Part shown: in pieces, positions 1 to 10,371 of the stretch
Position numbering within the stretch: the first letter of the stretch is position 1
Layout: each line of letters starts with the position of its first letter
DNA from: Octopus sinensis
Taxonomy: Eukaryota
Direction: 5' to 3'
Length of the DNA stretch: 27,709 nt
Assembly: GCF_006345805.1 (NCBI RefSeq)
Contig: NW_021833311.1
Coordinates: forward strand, 1 to 27,709
Program-made: the position numbers and the translations under genes
Notes under the pieces: generated by a model
What the model was told of the DNA's origin: nothing
Seen by the model: the letters and a program-made list of their open reading frames with translations, nothing else
Database searches by the model: none

Positions 1-84
1 GTTTTATAGTTTAGGGGTTCAACTGGAGCTGGGAGTTATTGTTTCAGCTGCTGTAACACCATATACATATATATATATATCTAT

Positions 85-126
85 ACAATCTGACGAGAGT
101 ACACCCCTAAACTTCGAACTCACTGT
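85..126 (+). ncRNA. Degenerate minimal hammerhead-ribozyme-like motif
   Basis: ACAAT-CTGACGA(90-96)-GAGT-loop-ACTTC-GAAC-TC-ACTGT. The CUGANGA core is intact and stem II is GAGT/ACT(T)C, but GAAA lacks one A and stem I has a mismatch. Confidence 0.4.
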
Positions 127-170
127 CAATACAAGTCTTGTTAAAGAATGATAAATTTGTACTCTTACAA

Positions 171-248
171 GTGTATTATAATAAATCTTCACGTTAATGC
201 AAATCTGTGACTTTTATAACATAAAAACATCCATATATACATACATAT

Positions 249-282
<34 letters not shown>

Positions 283-450
283 ATATATATATATATATAA
301 TTATATGTGTATATATATATATATATGTATATTATACATCCATATACTATATATATATATAAACATACACACACATATGTATATACACATATGTATTATA
401 GTAAATCTTCACGTTAGCGTAAATCTGTGATTTTTAACATAAGACAAACA
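171..450. repeat. Local tandem duplication (~60 nt unique segment, period 220) separated by (TA)n
   Basis: 171-230 GTGTATTATAATAAATCTTCACGTTAATGCAAATCTGTGAC matches 391-450 ATGTATTATAGTAAATCTTCACGTTAGCGTAAATCTGTGAT. Confidence 0.85.
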
Positions 451-458
451 TTGATGCA

Positions 459-494
<36 letters not shown>

Positions 495-1031
495 CATATA
501 TATATATATTATATATATAATATATATATATATATTTACATATATATACACACTATATATTATATATACATATAAATATACATATATATATACATATAAA
601 TATATATACAAAAATATACACACATATGTATATAAAGGTATGAATGCAGATAGGTGGAAGAGAGGCATCAATACGTATATATGTGTATAACTATGTACGT
701 ATACATAATTTTATGCGTGTATTGATGTATATATGCTTGTATATACAAGCACACTACACAGATATATACACGAAGTAGTGCCAAACACACTGAGAGTTTT
801 GGAAAGGAAATAATAACGACCAGAATCGAAATATAAATCAAGGTGATAATACATTTAACCTTACATTTCAGAAAACAATACGTTATAATATTTGCAATCT
901 GTAAATGTATGTTGTGTCTTCGGGGAGTACGAATTTTAGGATGTGTATATTAAATACGATTTTATATATACATAGATGAATATCATATATTATATATATA
1001 TATATGTATATGTATATGTATATATATGTAT

Positions 1032-1068
<37 letters not shown>

Positions 1069-1137
1069 GTTAATTTTTTATGTACATATATATATATACA
1101 CCTATAACACACACATATATATATATATACATACACA

Positions 1138-1159
1138 GGGAGAGTGTACGAAAAAAAAA
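1138..1159 (-). mobile_element. 22-nt terminal remnant of the hammerhead element at 7277-7463
   Basis: GGGAGAGTGTACGAAAAAAAAA matches 7277-7298 GGGAGAGTTTACGAAAAAAAAA (21/22) and also lies in a TA/CA microsatellite. Confidence 0.7.
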
Positions 1160-1177
1160 TATATGTATATATGTGAA

Positions 1178-1345
1178 GGCTCATGGCATAGTGGTTATAG
1201 AGTCTAGCTTACGATCGCGAGGTTGTGAGTTCGAATCCCGGACTGGGCTGCGTGTTGTGTTCTTGAGCAAGACACTTTATTTCACGTTGCTCCAGTTCAC
1301 TCAGATGTAGAAATGAGTTGCAACGTCACTGGTGTCACGCTGTAT
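1178..1345 (+). mobile_element. tRNA-derived SINE, family C (CORE-like central domain)
   Basis: A-box TGGCATAGTGG (1184-1194), B-box GTTCGAATCC (1229-1238), then TCTTGAGCAAGACACTTT resembling the CORE-SINE domain. Homologous to 24290-24476 and 26408-26555. Confidence 0.8.
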
Positions 1346-2115
1346 TGGTGCGCATTGAGTGTTTTGATTAGAGAATAAAGTGATAGGGTTCTGTATATTT
1401 ATTTATTTCGTCTGTCCACCTGCGACAGTGATTAAATTCGCTACGAACACTGTACGCGTTGAATATATATTACCAAGCAATTTTAATCTCCATATTTAAA
1501 CCTCATTAAATTTTGGCAAGATTACCTTCACCTATTCTGAGTTACCTGAAAGGTGATGTTCCCTTCCCTCTCTTCTATTTGTTGATACCTTTGTTTACCT
1601 ACCAATGCATTGCTTCCCTTTAAGGACGCATATTTACCCATACAGTATGATATTTCGTACGCGACATGTTTCCACAGCGAGCTGCAAAAGAGCCAAAGCA
1701 GTATTCGTGAACTGAAGTCAAACTCTTCATGTTTTCATTTTTCATTACCTGAAGTCAATTTCCCTGTAAGCACGTAACAAATATATTCCTTTAACTCTAC
1801 ATTTTCAAGCAGGTTTCATATTGCCATTTTTGGACTGCCAATCATACTTCTCTCCGAGAAAATAGCCCCCTTTGCTGTTGAATGAAATAAATTCGCAGAA
1901 AGGAAGTTTCAACGTCTTACTTCAATATCCTTACACCATTTATGTGGCTCTGTCTCACAAGAAATTTCGCTTTCATATATAACGACTATATTTAGTAGTC
2001 GTTATTCGTAATGGACACCCAAAATACATCAGTAGCTCTACTTTACATCGCTTGCAAACTTTCTTTGATCATTAAAGTGCAACGACCTCCACAATATATT
2101 TATATATATATATAT

Positions 2116-2325
2116 TCAAAATGTGACCGCGTGTGTACCGTTGGCGATTTTTTCCTCTGTCTTCCCTTCTCTGGATCTTTCCTTCTCCTATGTTTCCGAC
2201 GAAGAGCTCCGCTCGAAACGTTAAACCTTTCTTCTTTCCTTCTTTCCTGAGCGTCCAATAATACTATATTTGTTCCACGTCCTCGCGTGTTGTGTTTTTT
2301 TTTTTGCTTTTCTTCTTGTTTGGAT

Positions 2326-2330
<5 letters not shown>
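2116..2330 (+). mobile_element. ~215-nt non-autonomous hammerhead-bearing element (Penelope pLTR/retrozyme-like) inserted in (TA)n
   Basis: Flanked on both sides by (TA)n. Order is pyrimidine tract, hammerhead motif, TTCCTGAGCGT..TAATAC motif, T-rich 3' part. Confidence 0.7.
2192..2226 (+). ncRNA. Minimal type-I hammerhead ribozyme motif (U4C variant)
   Basis: Stem I GTTT/AAAC; core CCGACGA+A; stem II GAGC-TCC-GCTC; GAAA; palindromic AACGTT mini stem III; predicted cut after 2222. Confidence 0.7.
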
Positions 2331-2382
<52 letters not shown>

Positions 2383-2384
2383 AT

Positions 2385-2500
2385 AAATGCACCCTTTTAA
2401 AGTCTAGCCAGGCTCATGAGCCCGGTTTCCCGGTTTCAATGGCGTATGTGTTCCCCAGCTGGACAGGACGCCGGTCCATCGCAGCGTTACTTATTTTTGC
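2385..2500 (-). mobile_element. 3' fragment of family C SINE
   Basis: TTCCCCAGCTGGACAGGACGCCGGTCCATCGCAGCGTTACTTATTTTTGC aligns with 24293-24342. Confidence 0.7.
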
Positions 2501-3176
2501 TCTGATACGAACATTTCAGAGTGTTTGGATGTCAGTCTGAGGTTAGTGCAATCTGAAAATATGTACCGAGAGTGATAAAAGTCAAACAGCCAGGCAGCAT
2601 CATGGTGTTTCGAGTGATCACTAGTGATGGCGACATTATGCCACCATTCATCTCCCCACGCCGCCTCACACACAACAGGGAGCCTACATCAAGTATCTGG
2701 AGGAGGTAGTGCTTCCCTGGGTCAACAGTGTGGCTGGTGGGAGACCCTATGTCTGGTAAGAAGACTGTGCACAATGCCACACAAACAGGAGAACCCAGTC
2801 ATGGCTGTCAGACAATATCTGGAACCACATCTCCCTTGACATTTGGCCACCTAACTCCCCAGACTACAACCCCCTTGATTATTTTGTGTGGGGCTCAGTT
2901 GTAATACGAAACTCATTGTAATACCAATAAAGAACTGGATGCAAGGATTATGGCAGAATTCACTAACACAAGGTGACCGCCCAAAAGAGTTGCAGGAGAT
3001 TCCAAGGTCGTCTGGAGGCCGTGGTTGAAGCCACTGGCGATTTTATTGAATAAATTTACTCTTTAGTATTTCAAAATATTTTTATGTAATTTTGGTAAAT
3101 GTATCTGTCAAAATGAGATGCCAGTGTTATTTTCATATTTGCGTAATTTAGACGACATTTTATTCACTGAACCCTC
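2500..3176 (+). mobile_element. 5'-truncated Tc1/mariner-superfamily DNA transposon (DD37D/maT type)
   Basis: Contains a decayed transposase C-half. Ends in ...TTCACTGAACCCTC, similar to a CAGGGT-type TIR end, just before a (TG)n tract. Left boundary is approximate. Confidence 0.8.
2563..3053 (+). pseudogene. DD37D transposase pseudogene fragment
   Basis: Manual translation: VPRVIKVKQPGSIMVFRVITSDGDIMPPF..(frameshift)..YIKYLEEVVLPWVNSVAGGRPYVW*EDCAQCH...WPPNSPDYNPLDYFVWGSV..(frameshifts)..SCRRFQGRLEAVVEATGDFIE*. The 2nd Asp (2763) and 3rd Asp (2877) are separated by 37 residues. Internal stop at 2757. Confidence 0.88.
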
Positions 3177-3927
3177 TCTGTGTGTGAGTGTGTGTGTATA
3201 TGTGTGTGTATGTTTGTACATATACACGCATACACACACAGATAGATATAATTTCACGCACAAGAACATAGAGATTTTCACAGCCATCCATATACACAAT
3301 CGTATACATATGTATGCGTGGATGTATGAAAATACATATATATCGAACTGAAATTCGTGAGCACTTATATATACATTAATGCTTATATATATCTTTGGTT
3401 TTCTCTTGTATATACGCACTTCCCCGAATATAGAAATTCATGCATATATACACATGCGTACACGCATATGCATATATATAGTCACTTATCCTCGAATAGA
3501 TATAGCTATTCGTGTTACGTTTTGTTCTATATTATATGTGTCAATAAGAAATACTCATACAGTCACTCACTCACACGTATATAAATAACATTCGCAAATA
3601 TATACATATGCATACATATATACATTTATACACACACATATATATATATTTATATATATATATATACATATATGTGTGTGTATGTATGTGAATATATATA
3701 CATGTCTATGTCTATATATACATATATATATACATACATACATATATATACACACAGGTACATATATTTGTTGTATTATATGCACTTATACATACACACA
3801 CAGAGGCACGCGGATATATGTGCATACATACATATTACATATATGCTAGTTAAATACATTTATGTACCTACAAATATGGGCATAAATATTTATGGATGTG
3901 TATATTATGCATGCATATACTTAGAAA

Positions 3928-4133
3928 TACCTACCTACCTACCTACCTACCTACCTACCTACCTACCTACCTACCTACCTACCTACCTACCTACCTACCT
4001 ACCTACCTACCTACCTACATACCTACCTACCTACCTACTTATCTATCTATACATACATACATATATATCTGTACATGCATATCGAAATATCTAACTATCT
4101 GTCTATCTATCTATCTATCTATCTATCTATCAA

Positions 4134-4186
<53 letters not shown>

Positions 4187-4195
4187 CCCTCTATC
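3928..4195. repeat. Compound microsatellite (TACC)n / (TATC)n / (TC)n
   Basis: Direct reading; source of the TYLP-repeat ORFs. Confidence 0.97.
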
Positions 4196-4219
4196 TAACT
4201 ATATAATATATATATATGC

Positions 4220-4270
<51 letters not shown>

Positions 4271-4849
4271 ATATGTATATATATATATGTATATATATAT
4301 TATATATATATATATATATATATGAACATATATATATACATACATATGCATACATACATGCATGCATGTATATCTATAGATACACATAATACTTACATGG
4401 ATATGTACATCGATACATAATTACATTCATTTATATATATATATATATATGTGTGGTGGTGTGTGTGTGTGTGTGTGTATGTGTGCGTGTGTGTGTTTGT
4501 GTTAATAATATTTTAGAGTGAAATAAAAAGGAAATAAACGTCACGGATTGCAAAGGCGACATATCTTTTTTTTATCTGTATTTTTAAATGCAAATTAGAT
4601 TTTTCTCCCAAGTAACTTTCAGGGGTGATTTTAAGAACTGTTCGCAATTTCTTGTCCTCCTGGGACTCATTCCCCTTATGAATTATTCAGTACTTTTAAC
4701 TAGAACGTGTTTTGTATTTTTAAGTATGTAGCTTGCCTGTTTTACACTAACTATAAATTTAGACATTACTGTCTTCCATACTTCTCCCGTGCAAAACTTT
4801 TCCCGAAGCAAATTGCTTGTTTATTTAAATTTTAAAAACAGACATATTT

Positions 4850-5608
4850 TATCTCTTACTTATTTTAGTCATTAGACTGCGACCATGCTGGGGCACCGTC
4901 TTGATGAGTTTTAGTCGGACGAATTGACCCCAGTTCTTATATTTTTTTGAAGCCTGTTACTTATCGTATCAGTTTATTTTACGGACCTGCTGACTTACGA
5001 GGACGTAAACCCACCAGCATCGGTTGTCAAGCAATGGTGGAAGGGTACACACGCAAACACAAATACACACACACACATACACACACACATACACACACAT
5101 GCTGGGCTTCTTTCTGTTTCCGTCTACCAAATCCACACAGGTCTTTTACTTGTTTCAGTCATTTGACTGCGGCCATGCTGGAGCACCGCCTTTAGTCGAG
5201 CAAATCGACCCCAGGACTTATTCTTTGGAAGCCCAGTACTTATTCTATCGGTCTCTTTTTTCCGAACCGCTAAGTAACGGGGACGTAAACACACCAACAT
5301 CGGTTGTCAATCGATGTTGGAGGGACTAACACAGACACACAAACATATACACACACATACATATATATATACATATATACGACGGGCTTCTTTCAATTTC
5401 CGCCTACCAAATCCACTCACATTGCTTTGGTCGGCCCGAGGCTTTAGTAGAAGACACTTGCCCAAGGTGCCACGCAGTGGGAATGAACCCGGAACCATGT
5501 CTTGGTAAGCAAGCTACTTACCACACAGCCACTACCTGAGGTGTCATGCAGTGGGACTGCACCCAGCCATGCGTTGGCAAGCAAGCGTCTTAACACCCAT
5601 TCACGCCT
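4850..5608 (-). mobile_element. Nested family B SINEs: young full copy 5142-5535 inside an older copy (4850-5141 plus 5536-5608)
   Basis: On the minus strand: tRNA-like head (TGGCTGTGTGG; GGTTCATTCCC), CORE-like CCTTGGGCAAGTGTCTT, internal TA/TG linker, and tail ending GCATGGCCGCAGTC..TGACTGAAACAAGTAAAAGA. Confidence 0.85.
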
Positions 5609-5644
5609 TTTATACATATTTAGAAACCTTTTGGAATGCAAATA

Positions 5645-5720
5645 AAAGCACAAGTGCTGATATCTGAAGGAAGGTGTTAGTCGATTACATATACCCCCAG
5701 TGCGTAACTGGTACTTATTC
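5645..5720 (-). mobile_element. Tail fragment of family A (short-tail variant)
   Basis: Matches ~10003-10077 (AAGCAC.AGTGCTGA.ATCTGAA.GAAGGTG.TAGTCG.TTACAT...TGCGTAACTGGTACTTA). Confidence 0.7.
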
Positions 5721-5789
5721 TTGCTCGACATTGGAATAACGGAGACTGTCTGCTTAAGAAGCTTCCTTCCCAACCACGTTGCTTTGAGT

Positions 5790-6497
5790 CGGTATTTCAC
5801 CCGTCTCTGCATCTTGAGTTCAAATATCCCTGTGGTCGATTTTGTCTTTCACCCTTTCGGGGGCCGATAAATTAAGTACCAGTGAAACACTGGAGTGCTA
5901 TGTAATCGCCTAGTACCTATTTCTTTACTACCCACAAGGGGCTAAACACAGAGGGGACAAAGAAGGACAGACAAAAGGATTAAGTCGATTACATCGACCT
6001 CAGTACGTAACAGGTACTTAATTTATCGACCCCGAAAGGATGAAAGGCAAAGTCGACCTCGGCGGAATTTGAACCCAGAACGTAACGGCAGACGAAATAC
6101 GGCTACGCATTTCGCCCGGCGTGCTAACGTTTCTGCCAGCTCGATATAGAAACACGATTTTCATTCCGATTGCCTAGCTGAATGTGAAGACAGACGAAAT
6201 ACCTATTTCTTTACTACCCACAAGAGGCTAAGCACAGAGGGGACAAACAAGGACAGACAAAAGGATTAAGTCGATTACATCGACCCCAGTGATAACTGGT
6301 ACTTAATTTAATCGACCCCGAAAGGATGAAAGGCTAAGTCGACCTCGGTGGAATTTGAACTCAGGACATAACGGCAGACGAAATACGGTTACGCATTTCG
6401 CCCGGCGTGCTAACGATTCTACCAGCTCGCCGCCTGTAATCGCCTAGTACCCTCCCACAAAATTTCAGGCTTTCCGCACTTTGTAGAAAGGATTATT
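5790..6497 (+). mobile_element. Older family A SINE (short tail) interrupted by an opposite-strand insertion
   Basis: Body at 5790-5917 resumes at 6452-6497 (AAATTTCAGGC...GAAAGGATTATT; compare 22470-22512). Confidence 0.8.
5918..6434 (-). mobile_element. Family A SINE dimer with target-site duplication
   Basis: Two A units (5918-6143 and 6203-6434) flanked by direct repeat TGTAATCGCCTAGTACC at 5901-5917 and 6435-6451. Confidence 0.9.
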
Positions 6498-7044
6498 AAA
6501 ATAAATAAAGCATTTATTACCACTGAACAAATTATAAAATATGTAGTGAAAAGAAATATTAACGTATATCTTTGTCACGAGAAGAAATTTTTACGTGATA
6601 TCTCACGAAAAATGCCTTAACAAGACGAGTGACATATTAGTTCTTTCGTAAAACGATATAATATATTTATATATTCTCTGTGTTTACTGAAACGTATTCT
6701 AAAAGAAATAACAATTTCTGTAACTGAGCTAACTATAAAATATGTATTTAGATGAAATTCGAATGTAAATCTTAGTTATCAGAAGAAATTTTTCTATATT
6801 TCCCGGAAAATGCGTTAGTTTTAATAAAAGTTGTAGGATTTACTGTCATTGAAAGAATGATAAAATATTTGTCAGACAGAAAGAAGTTAATGTAGTGATA
6901 TAACCGTCGATTATTCTTTTCTTTGGCGCCTGAATTCTTGTCACAAATGTTGTGGCGCTTCATGACATTCGGTGTTTGGGGCATTTTTAAACATGGCCGA
7001 AAACATATCCTTCTACACGTCTGAGAGCAGTCGATATTTCTGGT

Positions 7045-7075
7045 GAGAGAGAGGGAGAGAGATTGAGAGAAAGAG

Positions 7076-7119
<44 letters not shown>
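7045..7119. repeat. (GA)n microsatellite
   Basis: Direct reading. Confidence 0.95.
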
Positions 7120-7121
<2 letters not shown>

Positions 7122-7238
7122 AAGCTTGTCAGCTTCTAGTTTGCCTAACCAACTTTACCGAAAGCAAATTGGACGATGATAATCTACGTTGTGCTTTAAA
7201 CGTAACAGTAGCCATCGTACATTTACTTTTCACACAGG

Positions 7239-7276
<38 letters not shown>

Positions 7277-7279
<3 letters not shown>

Positions 7280-7463
7280 AGAGTTTACGAAAAAAAAAAA
7301 ACCCGAAGATAGGTGGTGTAGAAAACAAACAGATGTATTAGTATAATGCTCAGGAATAGAAAAAGTCTTTTATGTTTCGAGCCTACGCTCTTCTACAGAA
7401 AGGGACACAGAAAAAACAAGGAGAGAAAAAAATGTGTGTAGTGGCTAACGATCATGGCGACTC
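7277..7463 (-). mobile_element. ~187-nt non-autonomous hammerhead-bearing element inserted in (TA)n
   Basis: (TA)n on both sides. Minus strand reads pyrimidine tract, hammerhead, TTCCTGAGCATTATACTAATAC, then T-run ending TTCGTAAACTCTCCC. Confidence 0.7.
7367..7402 (-). ncRNA. Minimal type-I hammerhead-like motif (non-canonical core)
   Basis: Minus strand: CTTT-CTGTAGA-A-GAGC-GTAG-GCTC-GAAA-CATA-AAAG. Stems I and II are intact; the core has A6U. Confidence 0.6.
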
Positions 7464-7617
7464 ATATATATATATATACATACATAACGAAATATTAGCG
7501 TCAAACAGTGTTTAGGCATAAGCAAAGTTTGTTTATGTTAGTGAAAATATGTTTGTAATATATTTCAACTGCGAAAAGGCAAATTCACTGCACTTACCGT
7601 AGAGATACTATTTCTTT

Positions 7618-7706
7618 TATCATCGTCGTCGTCGTCGTCGTCGTAATCATCATCATCATCCTCATCATCCTCATCATCATCATCATTATTATCATCATTA
7701 TTATCA

Positions 7707-7769
<63 letters not shown>

Positions 7770-7780
7770 TATTATCATCA

Positions 7781-7823
<43 letters not shown>

Positions 7824-7886
7824 CATCATTATTATCATCATTATTATTATTATTATTACTATTATTATTATTATCATTCTTGTTAA

Positions 7887-7919
<33 letters not shown>

Positions 7920-7957
7920 CATCATTATTATCATCATTATTATTATTATTATTATTA
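7618..7957. repeat. Compound trinucleotide microsatellite (GTC/ATC/ATT)n
   Basis: Direct reading. Confidence 0.97.
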
Positions 7958-8168
7958 AGGTGGCGAATTGGTAGAATCGAACAAAATGCGTAGTAGCATT
8001 TCTTCTAGCCTTAACGTTCTGAGTTCAAATGCCGCTGAGCATCACGTTTGCTTCCATCTTCCCGGGGTCGATAAATAAGTACTAGTTGAGCAATGGCAAC
8101 GGGGTCGACGCAATCGTCTACCGCCTCTGCTCAGAATTTTTCTGACGTTGTGCCAAACTTTGAAACCG
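7958..8168 (+). mobile_element. Diverged family A SINE (alternative tail)
   Basis: GGTGGCGAATTGGTAGAATC head, GAGTTCAAAT B-box, CCCGGGGTCGATAAATAAGTAC module, tail TTGTGCCAAACTTTGAAACC. Confidence 0.75.
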
Positions 8169-8576
8169 TTTCAAAATTCTTCTCAGTATATTTAAATCTC
8201 GGAATATAACGCCATTTTACCATATTCCGCATTGTATAATATCGTTTAGTGCAGAAGGGGCTTCCATCATTTGCCGACAAATTAAAGCAACGCCATTATT
8301 CGACTAGTTCTAAGTGGTCTTTCAGTTTGACGTATTCTAGTAGATTAAAAGTACCACAGATTTCGAAGCAGTTACCAACAGTTCTAAAATAGAACAATTA
8401 GATAATCTAATATTTAAACCTAATTAGCTTCCAACACCTTAACTTGTTTCTAAATTAAACTTTTTATTGATTTCTTGTGTTTTTTACGAAGATAAATAAT
8501 TGATGTTCCCGACTGTACTAACGTCTTTTGGAATTGGAATTCAATACACACACTAGGCCACTGTTATATATATATA

Positions 8577-8619
<43 letters not shown>

Positions 8620-8853
8620 GACATATGTGCATGTATTACACCATATACATACATATGCTTACATATGTGTGTGTGCATGTATGTTATATTTATGTGTATA
8701 TACATACATAGGCATATAAATATTTTCATATTTGCATATATGTATATGTATAACACATATATATATACATCCATATATATGTATGCATGTATGTATGTAT
8801 ATGTGTGTTTGTGTGTTTGTATGTACGTATATATGTATGTCTATGTATATATG

Positions 8854-8949
<96 letters not shown>

Positions 8950-9127
8950 TATTATATCAGACAAAACTGATTTTCAATTAACAGTATTCATAATTGTTAC
9001 TATTTCGCTTCTAGAGTTGTCAGTAGAATTGACAACAGGTAAACTTGTTCATCGACTTTCCTCAGAGACATATCACCCCGAAACAATTAGCCGAGTTTAA
9101 TTTAGTTTTCGTCTATATATAAAACTA

Positions 9128-9410
9128 AGGCAGCGAGCTGGAAATAGCTTTAGCACGTCGGAGAAAATGCTTTGTGGCATTTCTTCTTCCTGCTTTTCTT
9201 TCTAACGTTCTCAGTTGAAATCTAGTCGAGTTATACTTCTTAATCCACCCCTCTGGGGTTCGTACCACTTAAATACTGGGGATGAATCCACTCACAACGT
9301 TTTAGTGGGCTCGGGGCTATAGTTGAAGATACTAATGTATAGTGCTGCAAGAAAAATTGAACTCGGAATCATGTACTTGTGAATTAAACGTCTTACTACT
9401 CACCAACGCC
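9128..9410. mobile_element. Diverged family A copy (+, 9128-9283) abutting a diverged family B head (-, 9286-9410)
   Basis: Recognisable but decayed motifs of both families. Confidence 0.55.
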
Positions 9411-10318
9411 TGCGCTTGGTACATGAAGATATAATTAACCCTTAGGGTTGGGTATAAATAACATGTCTCTTCGTGCGGAACGCAAATATAGTAAAGAAAA
9501 TTACAAGATGATAATCCTTTCTCTTATAAGCACAAGTGCTGAAATCTGGTACTTAATTCATCAACACGGAAAGGATGAAAGGTAAAGTCGACCACAGCGG
9601 AATTTGAACTCAAAACGTAGCGGCAGACGAAATACCTATTTCTTTACTAAACACAAGGGGCTAAACACAGAGAGGACAAACAAGGACAGACAAACGGATT
9701 AAGTCGATTATATGGACCCCAGTAACTGGTACTTATTTAATCGAGCCCGAAAGGATGAAAGGCTAAGTCGACCTCGGCAGAATTTGAACTCAGAACGTAA
9801 CGGCAGACGAAATACCGCTATGCATTTCGCCCTTTGTGCTAATGTTTCTGCCAGCTCGCAACCTTCTTACTACACACCAACGCCTGTGTTTGGTAGACGA
9901 ATGTATAATTAACCCTTAAGGCTGGGTATAAATAGCATGTCTTTTCGTGCGGGACGCAAAGAAATATAAAGAAAAATACAAGATGATAATCTATTCTCTT
10001 ATAAGCACGAGTGCTGAAATCTGAAAGAAGGTGATAGTCGGTTACATCGACTCCCAATGCGTAACTGGTACTTAATTCATCGACCCCGAAACGATGAAGG
10101 CAAAGTCGACCTCGGAGGAAATTTTAACTCGGAACGTAGCGGCAGACGAAATACCTATTTCTTTACTACCCATAAGGGGCTAAACACAGAGAGGACAAAC
10201 AAGGACAGAGAAACGCATTAATTCGTTTATATCGACCCCAGTGCGTAACTGGTACTTAATTTATCGATCCCGAAGGATGAAAGGCAAAGTCGACCTCGGC
10301 AGAATTTGAACTCAGAAC
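9391..10318 (-). repeat. Tandem duplication (period 474) of a unique segment plus a family A heterodimer
   Basis: 9391 TCTTACTACTCACCAACGCCTG... recurs at 9865. Each copy carries a short-tail A unit and a long-tail A unit. Copy 1 lacks ~43 nt between CTG microhomologies. Confidence 0.88.
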
Positions 10319-10371
10319 AAAACAAAAAAAACATAGATGTCCAGACATCACTTATAAGATGACCTGACATA

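Noticed and set aside
1178-1250. Possible tRNA genes (also 24400-24476 and 26948-27020)
   Set aside because: A/B boxes are present, but I could not build a complete cloverleaf and each continues into a repeat body, so they are SINE heads.
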